This document shows, one piece after another, positions 43,952 through 55,000 of a stretch of DNA of 64,000 nucleotides. The stretch's first letter is position 1. Every line of letters starts with the position of its first letter. Origin of the DNA: Methanolobus sp. WCC5 (lineage in GTDB: Archaea; Halobacteriota; Methanosarcinia; Methanosarcinales; Methanosarcinaceae); contig NZ_CP146981.1 of the NCBI RefSeq assembly GCF_045690325.1, positions 1,044,853 to 1,108,852 on the forward strand, in the 5' to 3' direction. Both the position numbers and the translations under genes were made by a program. The notes beneath the pieces were generated by a model. That model was not told the DNA's origin and searched no databases. It was given only the letters and a program-made list of their open reading frames with translations.

Positions 43952-45160
43952 TCAGATTGCATTCTCTCCTATCTTTGCTATAGTAGCATCGATATCGGCT
44001 TTTAATTCATCAGGTATGCCCTGGATACCAACATCCAAAAATCCCCGAACTATCATACCTACAGCATCCTCTTCCGTAAGACCTCTTGCCATGAGATACT
44101 CGATCTGCTCACGTGCTATCCGTCCCACAGCAGCCTCATGTGACAGTTCTATATCTTCAACATTTGCCTCAAGTATCGGGATAGCCCGCTGCATTCCACC
44201 TTTACCAAGCACCAGCCCGTGACATTCCAGATGACCTTTTGCCTTATCAGCATTTCCTATCATCTCACCCCTGGCAATAACCTTACCTCCCGTGGTAATG
44301 GTCCTTGAGATGAGCTCAGCCTTTGTATCTTCTGCATCGAATATGACCCTGCTTCCAAGATCAAGCTCAGAACCAGGATGTGCCACACCAATTGAATTCA
44401 ACCTCGCAAAAGCTCCCTTTCCTTCAAGGATGACCGTTGGATAGGTCTGTATTGATTTAACAGGTTTCAGGGTAACGTAATTACTGATATATGTCCCGCC
44501 TTCTTCCACATGGACAACCGTCCTTGGCCTGACACCTATCTGCTGAGCCCAATTGTGTATCATTGTGAAGTTCAGGGTTGCACCTTTCTTTACATACATC
44601 TCTGATATTCCAAGATGAAGACCCTTTTCAACCCCATGCCTTGTAGAGCAGCCGGTAATCACGTCAAGCTGTGCCCCTTCTTCAACGATCACAATATTAT
44701 GAACTGTCTGGGAAACCTGCTTTGAACCCAGGAGCAAACATGTCTGGACAGGCATCTTTGACTTCTTCCCCTGAGGTGCCCTGATGAAATAACCATCTGC
44801 CTCCTGAAGATAGCTCATTGCAGTATACTTGTCCGCATCCGGCTTGACCAGCTTCCAGACATAATCCTTGACCCATTCATGGGTCTTCATTGCATCTTTC
44901 AGGGACATCAGTTCCACGACATCCTTATCACGCAGTGAAGTGTGGGAAATGGCATTATCAAGCATGATGAGACTGCCGGCCCTGTTCTCTTCGGATGGTG
45001 TGAAACCCACATTAAGAAGAGTCCTCTGGTCCTCTTCACTGAGCTCAGAGAGAACTTCGGCCTGTTCGACATCCGTTGGTGCGATACCATATTCATCAAG
45101 ATCAAAGTCTTCCCCGTAAGGAGCATTCTTGTGAAGGGCATCCTCTACCTTTTTTCTCAT
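43952..45160 (-). CDS. sufB: Fe-S cluster assembly protein SufB/SufD family
   Basis: SufBD beta-helix core (…GVAHPGSELDLGSRVIFDAEDT…). The ATG at 45160 overlaps the sufC stop (ATGA). The track ORF extends to 45187. Confidence 0.8.
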   Translation of the reverse strand: MRKKVEDALHKNAPYGEDFDLDEYGIAPTDVEQAEVLSELSEEDQRTLLNVGFTPSEENRAGSLIMLDNAISHTSLRDKDVVELMSLKDAMKTHEWVKDYVWKLVKPDADKYTAMSYLQEADGYFIRAPQGKKSKMPVQTCLLLGSKQVSQTVHNIVIVEEGAQLDVITGCSTRHGVEKGLHLGISEMYVKKGATLNFTMIHNWAQQIGVRPRTVVHVEEGGTYISNYVTLKPVKSIQTYPTVILEGKGAFARLNSIGVAHPGSELDLGSRVIFDAEDTKAELISRTITTGGKVIARGEMIGNADKAKGHLECHGLVLGKGGMQRAIPILEANVEDIELSHEAAVGRIAREQIEYLMARGLTEEDAVGMIVRGFLDVGIQGIPDELKADIDATIAKIGENAI

Positions 45161-45903
45161 ATCTTCATCAGTTTGCATTTGATACACTCCTCATATCCCT
45201 GTTCTTTGATCTCTGTGAGCATCTCGCGGGGGTTTCCGGAACACATGACCGTTCCGTTGCACAGGATATATCCCCTGTCAGCTTCGACATAGTCAAGGAC
45301 CTGACCTGTATGTGTGATAACAAGTGCGGATTTTCCATGCTTGCACCTGTCTCCGGCACATTTACAGTCTTTTTGCAACAGTTCATTGATGGTACGGCCA
45401 AGCTGTTCAATGCTCACGAGGTCTACACCGGATTCCGGTTCATCCAGGAGGAGAAAATCCGGATTCTGTGCAGAAAGCTGAAGAAGCTCCGACCTCTTTA
45501 TCTCACCACCTGAAAAACCAACATTGATATCCCTGTCAAAGAACCTGACCATGTCCAGTGTCTCAGCAAGGCTTTCAGTATCCTTGGAGTCCCTGGAAAT
45601 AACCTTCAGAAGGTCATAAAGCTTGACACCACTCATATTTGGTGGCCTCTGGGTCATAATACCCATCCCCATCTGCGCCCTTTCATAGACCGACATATGA
45701 GTGATATCTTCACCTTTGAATATTATTTCTCCCTCTACTACATTATACCCGCTAAATCCCATCAACGTCATTAGAAGTGCGGATTTACCTGCTCCGTTTG
45801 GTCCGAAAAGAACGTTAGTATAACCGGCCTCAACATTAAGGTCAACGCCTTTTAATATCCTTCGGCCGCCGATTTCAACTGTCAGATTATTGATCTCCAG
45901 CAT
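45157..45903 (-). CDS. sufC: Fe-S cluster assembly ATPase SufC
   Basis: ABC ATPase with Walker A GPNGAGKS, signature FSGGE and Walker B LLLDEPESG. Confidence 0.9.
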   Translation of the reverse strand: MLEINNLTVEIGGRRILKGVDLNVEAGYTNVLFGPNGAGKSALLMTLMGFSGYNVVEGEIIFKGEDITHMSVYERAQMGMGIMTQRPPNMSGVKLYDLLKVISRDSKDTESLAETLDMVRFFDRDINVGFSGGEIKRSELLQLSAQNPDFLLLDEPESGVDLVSIEQLGRTINELLQKDCKCAGDRCKHGKSALVITHTGQVLDYVEADRGYILCNGTVMCSGNPREMLTEIKEQGYEECIKCKLMKI

Positions 45904-46117
45904 AATATGGCCTCTTTTTATGATAATTAAACTCCATGAAATGTAAAATTCATGAAAATCCTGCTTTATTATACGGTTTATCGGTTAAAAACCTATTGAA
46001 TTTTAATGAGAACAGAATTCCAATTCGAGTCCTTGCTAAAGATATAAAATGTATAGTGTATGGAAACAATATACATAATGACCACATGAACATAAACTGA
46101 GATCGATCAATATAAAT

Positions 46118-46306
46118 TCACATACCAAGCTCCCTGGCAATATTCTGAAACTCCCGGCCCTTTTCGGTAGTTATGTATAGATTACCATTCTGCTCGATCA
46201 AACCTTTTTCTTTTAAAAGGTATAAGTACCTGTTAACAACATCAAAATTAAGGTTTGCACGATAAACGATGTGCGTCTTCTTTGCCCCCTCCAGCGCAGC
46301 CCTCAA
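46118..46306 (-). CDS. Mini winged-HTH protein (paralog of 59740-59937)
   Basis: 62 aa, ALEGAKKTHIVYRANLNFDVVNRYLYLLKEKGLIE…, about 70% identical to the second copy. Non-ATG (TTG) start. A conserved leader lies upstream. Confidence 0.5.
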   Translation of the reverse strand: MRAALEGAKKTHIVYRANLNFDVVNRYLYLLKEKGLIEQNGNLYITTEKGREFQNIARELGM

Positions 46307-46553
46307 TATGTCTACACTTATGGCAGTTCTGCTTCTCCTGCTTATACTATCACATCCCCCACTCAGATAGAACTGAAATAGATTAATCCTGTTTTTGGCC
46401 TAACAACGACATGGCACCCGGTTTTGAACATCCCTTTATTCCAAACCAAATGTCTCTGATAGTCCACTATCCTATCATCTCGTTGTTCATTCAGCCATTC
46501 ATTTGCTTTGCCATTACTTTATCTGATCAATTATGTTTACTCAATTATGTTTA

Positions 46554-47147
46554 TCAATTGCTTGTGTTTTTGACTATCTTTTCTATCCACAGCAGTACGA
46601 ACATCACTATGAGGAAAATGAACGTTACCTGCCATAGATAATAATGAACATAACTGAAAAGTGCAGGGTACACCATTCCCACAAAGGAAAGGAATACCAA
46701 CCTCAGCATGTTAACTATTATCATTGCCGGTACCCCCAGTGCTATGCCAAGGAACTTGTTACGCAGTGTGGTAGGATATGCAAGCACGCATCCGGCATAG
46801 ACCAGCAGCTCATACATTCCGGTACACTCATCTATTATCATCACGGAAAAACCATTCATATAAACAGACTGGCCATAGGATGAACTATCCACACCAAAAA
46901 CAGACAATACTCCTGAAAGAGCATTGGCAGTCATGGTACTCAGAAAAGTGAACCTATCCTGAAAGAAAACGTATACTCCTGTAAAAAGTACAATATAGAA
47001 CAGATATGTTCCCAGGAACTTTATTACACGCCTGTTCCTTTCAAGAAAAGGAAAAAAGTCATACCTGCTGAAGAAAGAATTACTATCTGCCTTTTCTATA
47101 GTTTTATGTTTCCTGGCACCTTTTAAAGACCTGCTTTTTTTAGCCAT
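46554..47147 (-). CDS. Exosortase/archaeosortase-family membrane protein (short form)
   Basis: 197 aa, polytopic. Contains a C-x-G motif (IIDECTGMYE) and an N-x-x-R motif (VNMLRLVF), which as I recall are the conserved Cys/Arg signature of the family. Lies next to two proteins ending in VPxxxP-type sorting signals. Confidence 0.5.
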   Translation of the reverse strand: MAKKSRSLKGARKHKTIEKADSNSFFSRYDFFPFLERNRRVIKFLGTYLFYIVLFTGVYVFFQDRFTFLSTMTANALSGVLSVFGVDSSSYGQSVYMNGFSVMIIDECTGMYELLVYAGCVLAYPTTLRNKFLGIALGVPAMIIVNMLRLVFLSFVGMVYPALFSYVHYYLWQVTFIFLIVMFVLLWIEKIVKNTSN

Positions 47148-47189
47148 ATTCCCTCCAAGAAAAAAGAAACTATGAAAAAGGGAAAGGAA

Positions 47190-48770
47190 TTAGTCACGGC
47201 GTCTAAGCGTGACAATTCCAAGTGCAGCCAGTATTCCTATCATCATCACCATACCCAGTGGCGTCAGCAATGGAACAACCGGCTGGCAGTGGTAATGGCT
47301 TGGATCCTCGTCGTTTACAGTGTTACCTGCATCGTCCTCTCCTGTCACCGTAGCAATGTTCTTGTAGAGCGGGACACATTCCTCAACTGTGGCAGTGACC
47401 TCATAGGTCCAGGTCTCCCCAACATCCAGAATGTCATCAGCATTCATGCTCTTTGAGATGATATTGGCAGCAGGGATAACTCCAAGCTTGTCATCGACAA
47501 CAACAATGTCCTTCAAAGGCACATTTCCTGTATTGGTGACAAAGTACTCCCATGTTACAGTTTCACCCACATCTATCTTAGGGCCGCTTGGGAAATCAGC
47601 ATCAAAGCCATTTGTATGCTTCTCTATATCGATATCCGGCTCACACCTTACTATATAGTGGCTTGGATCACTGTCTGTTACGGGAATTCCCAGCCAGTCC
47701 GCATCGACCTCACCGATGTTGGCATACTGTCCGCAGTCTGCTATACCTGTCATCTGGTACACCCACAGCTCACCTACATCCAGAACATCGTCATTGTTAA
47801 TGCTCTTGGAGATTATGTTTGCAGCCGGTACGCCTCCAAGCTTGTTGTCAGTAACTACCACGTTGCTAAGTGGCACATTCCCAACGTTGGTTACTCTGTA
47901 TGTCCAGGTAACTGCCTGTCCGGGAGCAAGGCTTGGACCTGTAGGTGTATCTGCATCAAAACCATTGGTCCATTTCTCTATATCTACATCCGGATTGGGT
48001 ATGGTCACAAATACATCTGCAATATCCTCACCTATAAGGCCACCGGTTATGGGGTCCCTATCGTCTTGTGCACCTGCTGTAACACGTATTAGTAGTGTTG
48101 CACCTGGGCTTAGATCAAAACTATTACCAAGATTTAGAATCTTGATCTCATAGACAAGTCCGTTCGCTGCATCTACATCAGCTGCTGTCAAAGTGGTTGT
48201 TCCGTCCCCCACATCCGCAACAGTCCAGTCATTGTTTTGAATGCTTATTCTTGTCGCTTTTGAGCCTTGCATTATCCTTATGTTGAAGAACTCATCTGCG
48301 CCAATACCATCCACATTATTTGGAGTGATTGCTCCCCTTGTATCGGAGAATTCCAGGCTATTATAAGGATCTCCATCCCCATCAAGATCACCGGGCAGAC
48401 CATATACAGTACAGAGACCGTATAGTGTATCAGTCATAAAATCATAGCGTGCATATATTCCTTCTATATCATAGCCACTTTCATCTGGCCCTACTGTAGC
48501 CATGTTCTCATTGAAACCAGTACCTGAGTCGCTCACCCGATCTTCATCGTACCACATCCCATTCTGGAAAATCACCATTTTGTCCCCGAATGGACCATCA
48601 GGGTTATAGGTTGATCCTTCCGTCTGACCATAACTCCAGTTCCCGTTCCACTCCCCAACTCCACGCACCCCATCAACGGTTATTGCCATGGCACTGGGGG
48701 TGGCGAACAAAACTATCAATATTGCGAACATTACATGTAATATGTTCATTATTTTCAACTCCCATCTCAT
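47190..48770 (-). CDS. Secreted surface protein: conserved N-terminal head domain, DUF11-type repeats and VPxxxP-type C-terminal sorting signal
   Basis: Signal peptide. Head domain about 80% identical to that of the giant neighbour. Three DUF11-like modules (D.D.EK.TNG.DAD…TW.Y.VTNTGNV). C-terminus is VVPLLTPLG followed by a TM helix and RRRD. Confidence 0.75.
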   Translation of the reverse strand: MRWELKIMNILHVMFAILIVLFATPSAMAITVDGVRGVGEWNGNWSYGQTEGSTYNPDGPFGDKMVIFQNGMWYDEDRVSDSGTGFNENMATVGPDESGYDIEGIYARYDFMTDTLYGLCTVYGLPGDLDGDGDPYNSLEFSDTRGAITPNNVDGIGADEFFNIRIMQGSKATRISIQNNDWTVADVGDGTTTLTAADVDAANGLVYEIKILNLGNSFDLSPGATLLIRVTAGAQDDRDPITGGLIGEDIADVFVTIPNPDVDIEKWTNGFDADTPTGPSLAPGQAVTWTYRVTNVGNVPLSNVVVTDNKLGGVPAANIISKSINNDDVLDVGELWVYQMTGIADCGQYANIGEVDADWLGIPVTDSDPSHYIVRCEPDIDIEKHTNGFDADFPSGPKIDVGETVTWEYFVTNTGNVPLKDIVVVDDKLGVIPAANIISKSMNADDILDVGETWTYEVTATVEECVPLYKNIATVTGEDDAGNTVNDEDPSHYHCQPVVPLLTPLGMVMMIGILAALGIVTLRRRD

Positions 48771-49001
48771 GAAGAATATACTTATTAATTATGAATTGGT
48801 CACCACGATATATAGCGATGCAGCAAACAAAGTTCGTTATCATTGTTAAGAAACTCAGCTCAGTAAAAAAGTCCTTTTCTCAGAACAATGTAAAAGCAGA
48901 ATAAAAACAACCAAAAAAATAATTTTGGTTTTTTTCCAATGATAAAAAAATCATTCTAGAAAAAACAATAAGACATGTTCTAAGAAAAAGAAAAGGAGGA
49001 A

Positions 49002-52000
49002 TTAGTCCCTCCTTCTTAGATAGAACGCACCTGCAAGTCCAAGGACTGAGATCAATATCATCATTCCGACAGGACTTAGCAGTGGAACGACCGGCTGGCA
49101 GTAGTAGTGAGCCACATCCTCATCTGATACCTCAGTTCCTTCAAACTCACCTGTGACAATTGCAGTGTTCTTATGCTGGGGCACGCATTCGGTTACAGTG
49201 CCCTTCAGTTCGTAGGTCCACACCTCGCCTGGGTCCAGTATGTCGTCATTGTTTATGCTCTTTGAAATGATACTAGATGCAGGTATCGTACCAAGTTTGT
49301 CATCAACAACAACTACATCATCCAGAGGGACATTACCGGTGTTCTTAACAACGAATTTCCAGGTAATGCTATCGCCCACTGCAAGGAGGATACCAGGTGC
49401 CTGATCAGCATCATTTCCATTGATATATTTCTCAATGTCAATGTCTGGTACACAGTTCACTCTGTAGTGGCTTGGGTCAGAGTCTGTTACCGGAATGGAA
49501 CCAAAGTGACCTACTACATCGCCCACATTTGCGTACTGACCACATTCTGCTGTTCCTGTTGACTGATAGATCCAGACCTCACCTGGCATGAGTGTATCGT
49601 CGCCATTGCCTTTGTCAACTATGTTGCTTATAGTTCCAAGCTGGTCATCTGTAACGGTTATGTTTGTCAGATGTACATTACCTGTATTCCTGACAACATA
49701 TTCCCAGGTAACTTCCGCACCATAGGCAAGTGTAGGTCCGGGTGCACTGTCAGCATCGAAACCATTTGTCGACTTCTCTATATCGATATTTGGTGCACAA
49801 ACCACATTATAATGGCTTGGATCACTGTCATTGACTGTGGTAGATCCATAATCACCTGTCACCGTACCAAGGTTAGCATATTGTCCGCATGAAGCACTGC
49901 CCGTAGCCTGGTAAGTCCAAGTCTCACCGACGGAAAGTATGCCGTCACCATCTCCGTTGTTCACAATGTTACCAATCACACCCAGTTTATCGTCGGTTAC
50001 AACGATATTGCTGAGGTTGACATTTCCAGTGTTGGTCACAACATAGGTCCAGGTAACAGCATCACCAATTCCCAGTGATGGACCAGGTGCACTGTCAGCA
50101 TCCTCACCATTGGTTGCCTTCTCGATATCAATTGAGGGAGAAGCACCGAAGTAGTGGCTTGGATCCTCGTCAGTGACAGTGATACCGTTGTAATCACCTG
50201 TAACATTACCGATATTGGCGTACTGGCCTGCAACTGCAACACCGTTGGCTGAGACCTCGGTGCTCGCACCGACTGCAAGGTCACCGATAACTGAGATAAC
50301 CCCAAGGATATTATCAGTTACAGTGACGTTGACAAGATCAACATTACCCGTATTGGTGACGTTATAAGTCCAGGTGACACTGTCTCCCACAGGGATGAAA
50401 GGTCCGGTAGGATCATCAGCATCCGCGCCATTGGTTGCCTTCTCAATATCAATTGATGGAGAGGCACCGAAGTAGTGGCTTGGATCCTCATCAGTGACCG
50501 TGATACCGTTGTAATCACCTGTTACATTACCGATGTTGGCGTACTGGCCTGCAACTGCAACACCGTTGGCTGAGACCTCAGTGCTCGCACCGACTGCAAG
50601 GTCACCGATAACTGAGATAAGTCCAAGAATATTATCAGTTACAGTGACGTTGACAAGATCAACATTACCCGTATTGGTGACGTTATAAGTCCAGGTGACA
50701 CTGTCTCCCACAGGGATGAAAGGTCCGGTAGGATCATCAGCATCCGCGCCATTGGTTGCCTTCTCAATATCAATTGATGGAGAGGCACCGAAGTAGTGGC
50801 TTGGATCCTCATCAGTGACCGTGATACCGTTGTAATCACCTGTTACATTACCGATGTTGGCGTACTGGCCTGCAACTGCAACACCGTTGGCTGAGACCTC
50901 AGTGCTCGCACCGACTGCAAGGTCACCGATAACTGAGATAAGTCCAAGAATATTATCAGTTACAGTGACGTTGACAAGATCAACATTACCCGTATTGGTG
51001 ACGTTATAAGTCCAGGTGACACTGTCTCCCACAGGGATGAAAGGTCCGGTAGGATCATCAGCATCCGCGCCATTGGTTGCCTTCTCAATATCAATTGATG
51101 GAGAGGCACCGAAGTAGTGGCTTGGATCCTCATCAGTGACCGTGATACCGTTGTAATCACCTGTTACATTACCGATGTTGGCGTACTGGCCTGCAACTGC
51201 AACACCGTTGGCTGAGACCTCAGTGCTCGCACCAACTGCAAGGTCACCTATCACAGATATCTCACCAAGAATATTATCAGTTACAGTGACGTTGACAAGA
51301 TCAACATTACCCGTATTGGTGACGTTATACGTCCAGGTGACACTGTCTCCCACAGGGATGAAAGGTCCGGTAGGATCATCAGCATCCTCACCGTTGGTGG
51401 CCTTCTCGATATCAATTGAGGGAGAGGCACCGAAGTAGTGGCTTGGATCCTCGTCAGTGACAGTGATACCGTTGTAATCACCTGTAACATTACCGATGTT
51501 GGCGTACTGGCCTACAACTGCAACACCGTTGGCTGACACCTCGGTACTCTCACCGGCTGCAAGGTCACCGATAACTGAGATGACTCCAAGGATATTGTCA
51601 GTTACAGTGACGTTGACAAGATCAACATTACCGGTATTGGTGACGTTATAAGTCCAGGTGACACTGTCTCCCACAGGAATGAAAGGTCCGGTTGGAATGT
51701 CAGCATCCTCACCATTGGTGGCCTTCTCAATATCAATTGAGGGAGAGGCACCGAAGTAGTGGCTTGGATCCTCATCAGTGACAGTGATACCGTTGTAATC
51801 ACCTGTAACATTACCGATGTTGGCATACTGGCCTGCAACTGCAACACCGTTGGCTGACACCTCGGTACTCTCACCGGCTGCAAGGTCACCTATCACAGAT
51901 ATCTCACCAAGAAGGTTGTCAGTTACAGTGACGTTGACAAGATCAACATTACCCGTATTGGTGACGTTATAAGTCCAGGTGACACTGTCTCCTACAGGAA

Positions 52001-55000
52001 TGAAAGGTCCGGTAGGACTGTCAGCATCCTCGCCATTGGTGGCCTTCTCAATATCAATTGAAGGAGAGGCACCGAAGTAGTGGCTTGGATCCTCATCAGT
52101 GACCGTGATACCGTTGTAATCACCTGTAACATTACCGATGTTGGCGTACTGGCCTGCAACTGCAATGCCGTTGGCTGACACTTCAGTGCTCGCACCGACC
52201 GCAAGGTCACCTATCACAGATATCTCACCAAGAAGGTTGTCAGTTACAGTGACGTTGACAAGATCAACATTACCCGTATTGGTGACGTTATAAGTCCAGG
52301 TGACACTGTCTCCTACAGGAATGAAAGGTCCGGTAGGACTGTCAGCATCCTCGCCATTGGTGGCCTTCTCAATATCAATTGAAGGAGAGGCACCGAAGTA
52401 GTGGCTTGGATCCTCATCAGTGACCGTGATACCGTTGTAATCACCTGTAACATTACCGATGTTGGCGTACTGGCCTGCAACTGCAACTCCGTTGGCTGAG
52501 ACCTCGGTGCTCGCACCAACTGCAAGGTCACCTATCACAGATATCTCACCAAGGATATTGTCAGTTACAGTGACGTTGACAAGATCAACATTACCCGTAT
52601 TGGTGACGTTATACGTCCAGGTAACACTGTCTCCCACAGGAATGAAAGGTCCGGTTGGAATGTCAGCATCCTCACCATTGGTTGCCTTCTCGATATCAAT
52701 TGAGGGAGAGGCACCGAAGTAATGGCTCGGATCCTCATCAGTGACCGTGATACCGTTGTAATCACCTGTCACATTACCGATATTGGCGTACTGGCCTGCT
52801 GCTGCAATGCCGTTGGCTGACACTTCAGTGCTCGCACCGACTGCAAGGTCACCGATAACAGAGATCACACCAAGGATATTGTCAGTTACAGTGACGTTGA
52901 CAAGATCAACATTACCCGTATTGGTGACGTTATACGTCCAGGTAACACTGTCTCCCACAGGGATGAAAGGTCCGGTAGGATCATCAGCATCCTCACCATT
53001 GGTTGTCTTCTCAATATCAATTGATGGAGAGGCACCGAAGTAGTGGCTCGGATCCTCATCAGTGACCGTGATACCGTTGTAATCACCTGTTACATTACCG
53101 ATATTGGCGTACTGGCCTGCAACTGCAACACCGTTGGCTGACACCTCGGTACTCTCACCGGCTGCAAGGTCACCGATAACTGAGATAACTCCAAGGATAT
53201 TGTCAGTTACAGTGACGTTGACAAGATCAACATTACCGGTATTGGTGACGTTATAAGTCCAGGTGACACTGTCTCCCACAGGGATGAAAGGTCCGGTAGG
53301 ATCGTCAGCATCCTCACCATTGGTAGCCTTCTCGATATCAATTGAGGGAGAGGCACCGAAGTAGTGGCTTGGATCCTCATCAGTGACCGTGATACCGTTG
53401 TAATCACCTGTAACATTACCGATGTTGGCGTACTGGCCTGCAACTGCAACTCCGTTGGCTGAGACCTCAGTGCTCGCACCGACTGCAAGGTCACCGATAA
53501 CTGAGATGACTCCAAGGATATTGTCAGTTACAGTGACGTTGACAAGATCAACATTACCGGTATTGGTGACGTTATACGTCCAGGTGACACTGTCTCCCAC
53601 AGGGATGAAAGGTCCGGTTGGATCGTCAGCATCCTCGCCGTTTGTGGCTTTCTCGATATCAATTGATGGACATTCGCCGAAGTAGTGGCTTGGGTCCTCA
53701 TCGGTTACAATTACCGCTTTATATTCCCCGGTAACTGTAGCGTTGTTGGCATACTGACCGCACTCGGCAATTCCTGTAGCTTCATAAACCCAGATCTCAT
53801 CAACATCAAGAATAGCATCTTCGTTGACATCACCACTCTGGTAAACAGGTATGACACCCTGATCATCTATCACTGATATATTGCTGAGCGGCACATTACC
53901 GGTGTTGTTCACCACATAGGTCCACGTGACGGTAGCACCCTGCAGGATACCAGGACCTGGTGCTTCATCAGCATCCTCACCATTGGTTGCCTTCTCAATA
54001 TCAATGTCAGGACATTCACCGAAGTAGTGGCTTGGATCCGTGTCAAATACTGGGATCACGTCGAAGAAACCAACTGCTGTTGCGTTGTTCACATACTGAC
54101 CACATTCAGCGATGCCTGTAGCTTCAAAGATCCATGATTCACCTATCGAAAGGATATCGTCCCCATCACCCTGATCAATGATATTGGTAATAGGACCAAG
54201 TTTGTCATCAATGACACTTATATTTAGCAGAGGAACATCACCTGTGTTTGTTACAACATAAGTCCACGTGACATTCTCACCTTCGGGTATCCCCGGGCCT
54301 GGTGCATTATCTGCATCCTCGCCATTGGTTGATTTCTCAAGATCAATGTCAGGACTTGGTATGGTTACAAATACATCTGCAATATCTTCTCCTATAAGAC
54401 CACCAGTTATGGGATCCCTATCGTCTTGTGCACCTGCTGTAACACGTACAATTAATGTTGCACCCGGACTTATATCGAAATTATTGTTAATACCATTAAT
54501 TTTTATCTCATAGACAAACTGATCAAGATCACCCTCATAATCGTTAATTGGATGATATGCAATACCGCATGCTGCATCTATATCTGTTGCTGTCAGAGTG
54601 GTTGTCCCATCCCCCACATCCACAACATCCCAGGCATTATTTTGAATACTTATTCTTGTGGCCTTATCACCTTGTATTAGCCTGATGTTAAAGAACTCAT
54701 CTGCACCAATACCATCCACATTATTTGGAGTGATTGCCCCCCTGGTATCGGAGAATTCCACGCTATTATATGGATCCCCATCCCCGTCAAGATCACCGGG
54801 AAGACCATATACCGTACACAAACCATATAGTGTATCGGTCATAAAATCATAACGCGCATATATTCCTTTAATATCATAGCCACTTTCATAAGGTCCTACA
54901 GTAGCCATATTCTCATTGAAACCAGTTCCTGAATCCCTCATCGGATCTTCATCAGACCAGTTCCCCGCTTGAAAAATCACCATTTTGTCCCCGAAAGGAC

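Noticed and set aside
50140-53672. Periodic repeats that could superficially resemble a CRISPR array
   Set aside because: The period is 321 bp. It lies entirely within one long ORF encoding DUF11 domains. There are no short repeat-spacer units and no cas genes.
50036-53876. A series of short ORFs on the + strand (for example the identical 66-aa ORFs at 50318, 50639 and 50960) inside the giant gene
   Set aside because: They are antisense reading-frame echoes of the 321-bp tandem repeat in the 2065-aa CDS, with Ser/Thr/Leu-rich low-complexity translations. They are not independent genes.
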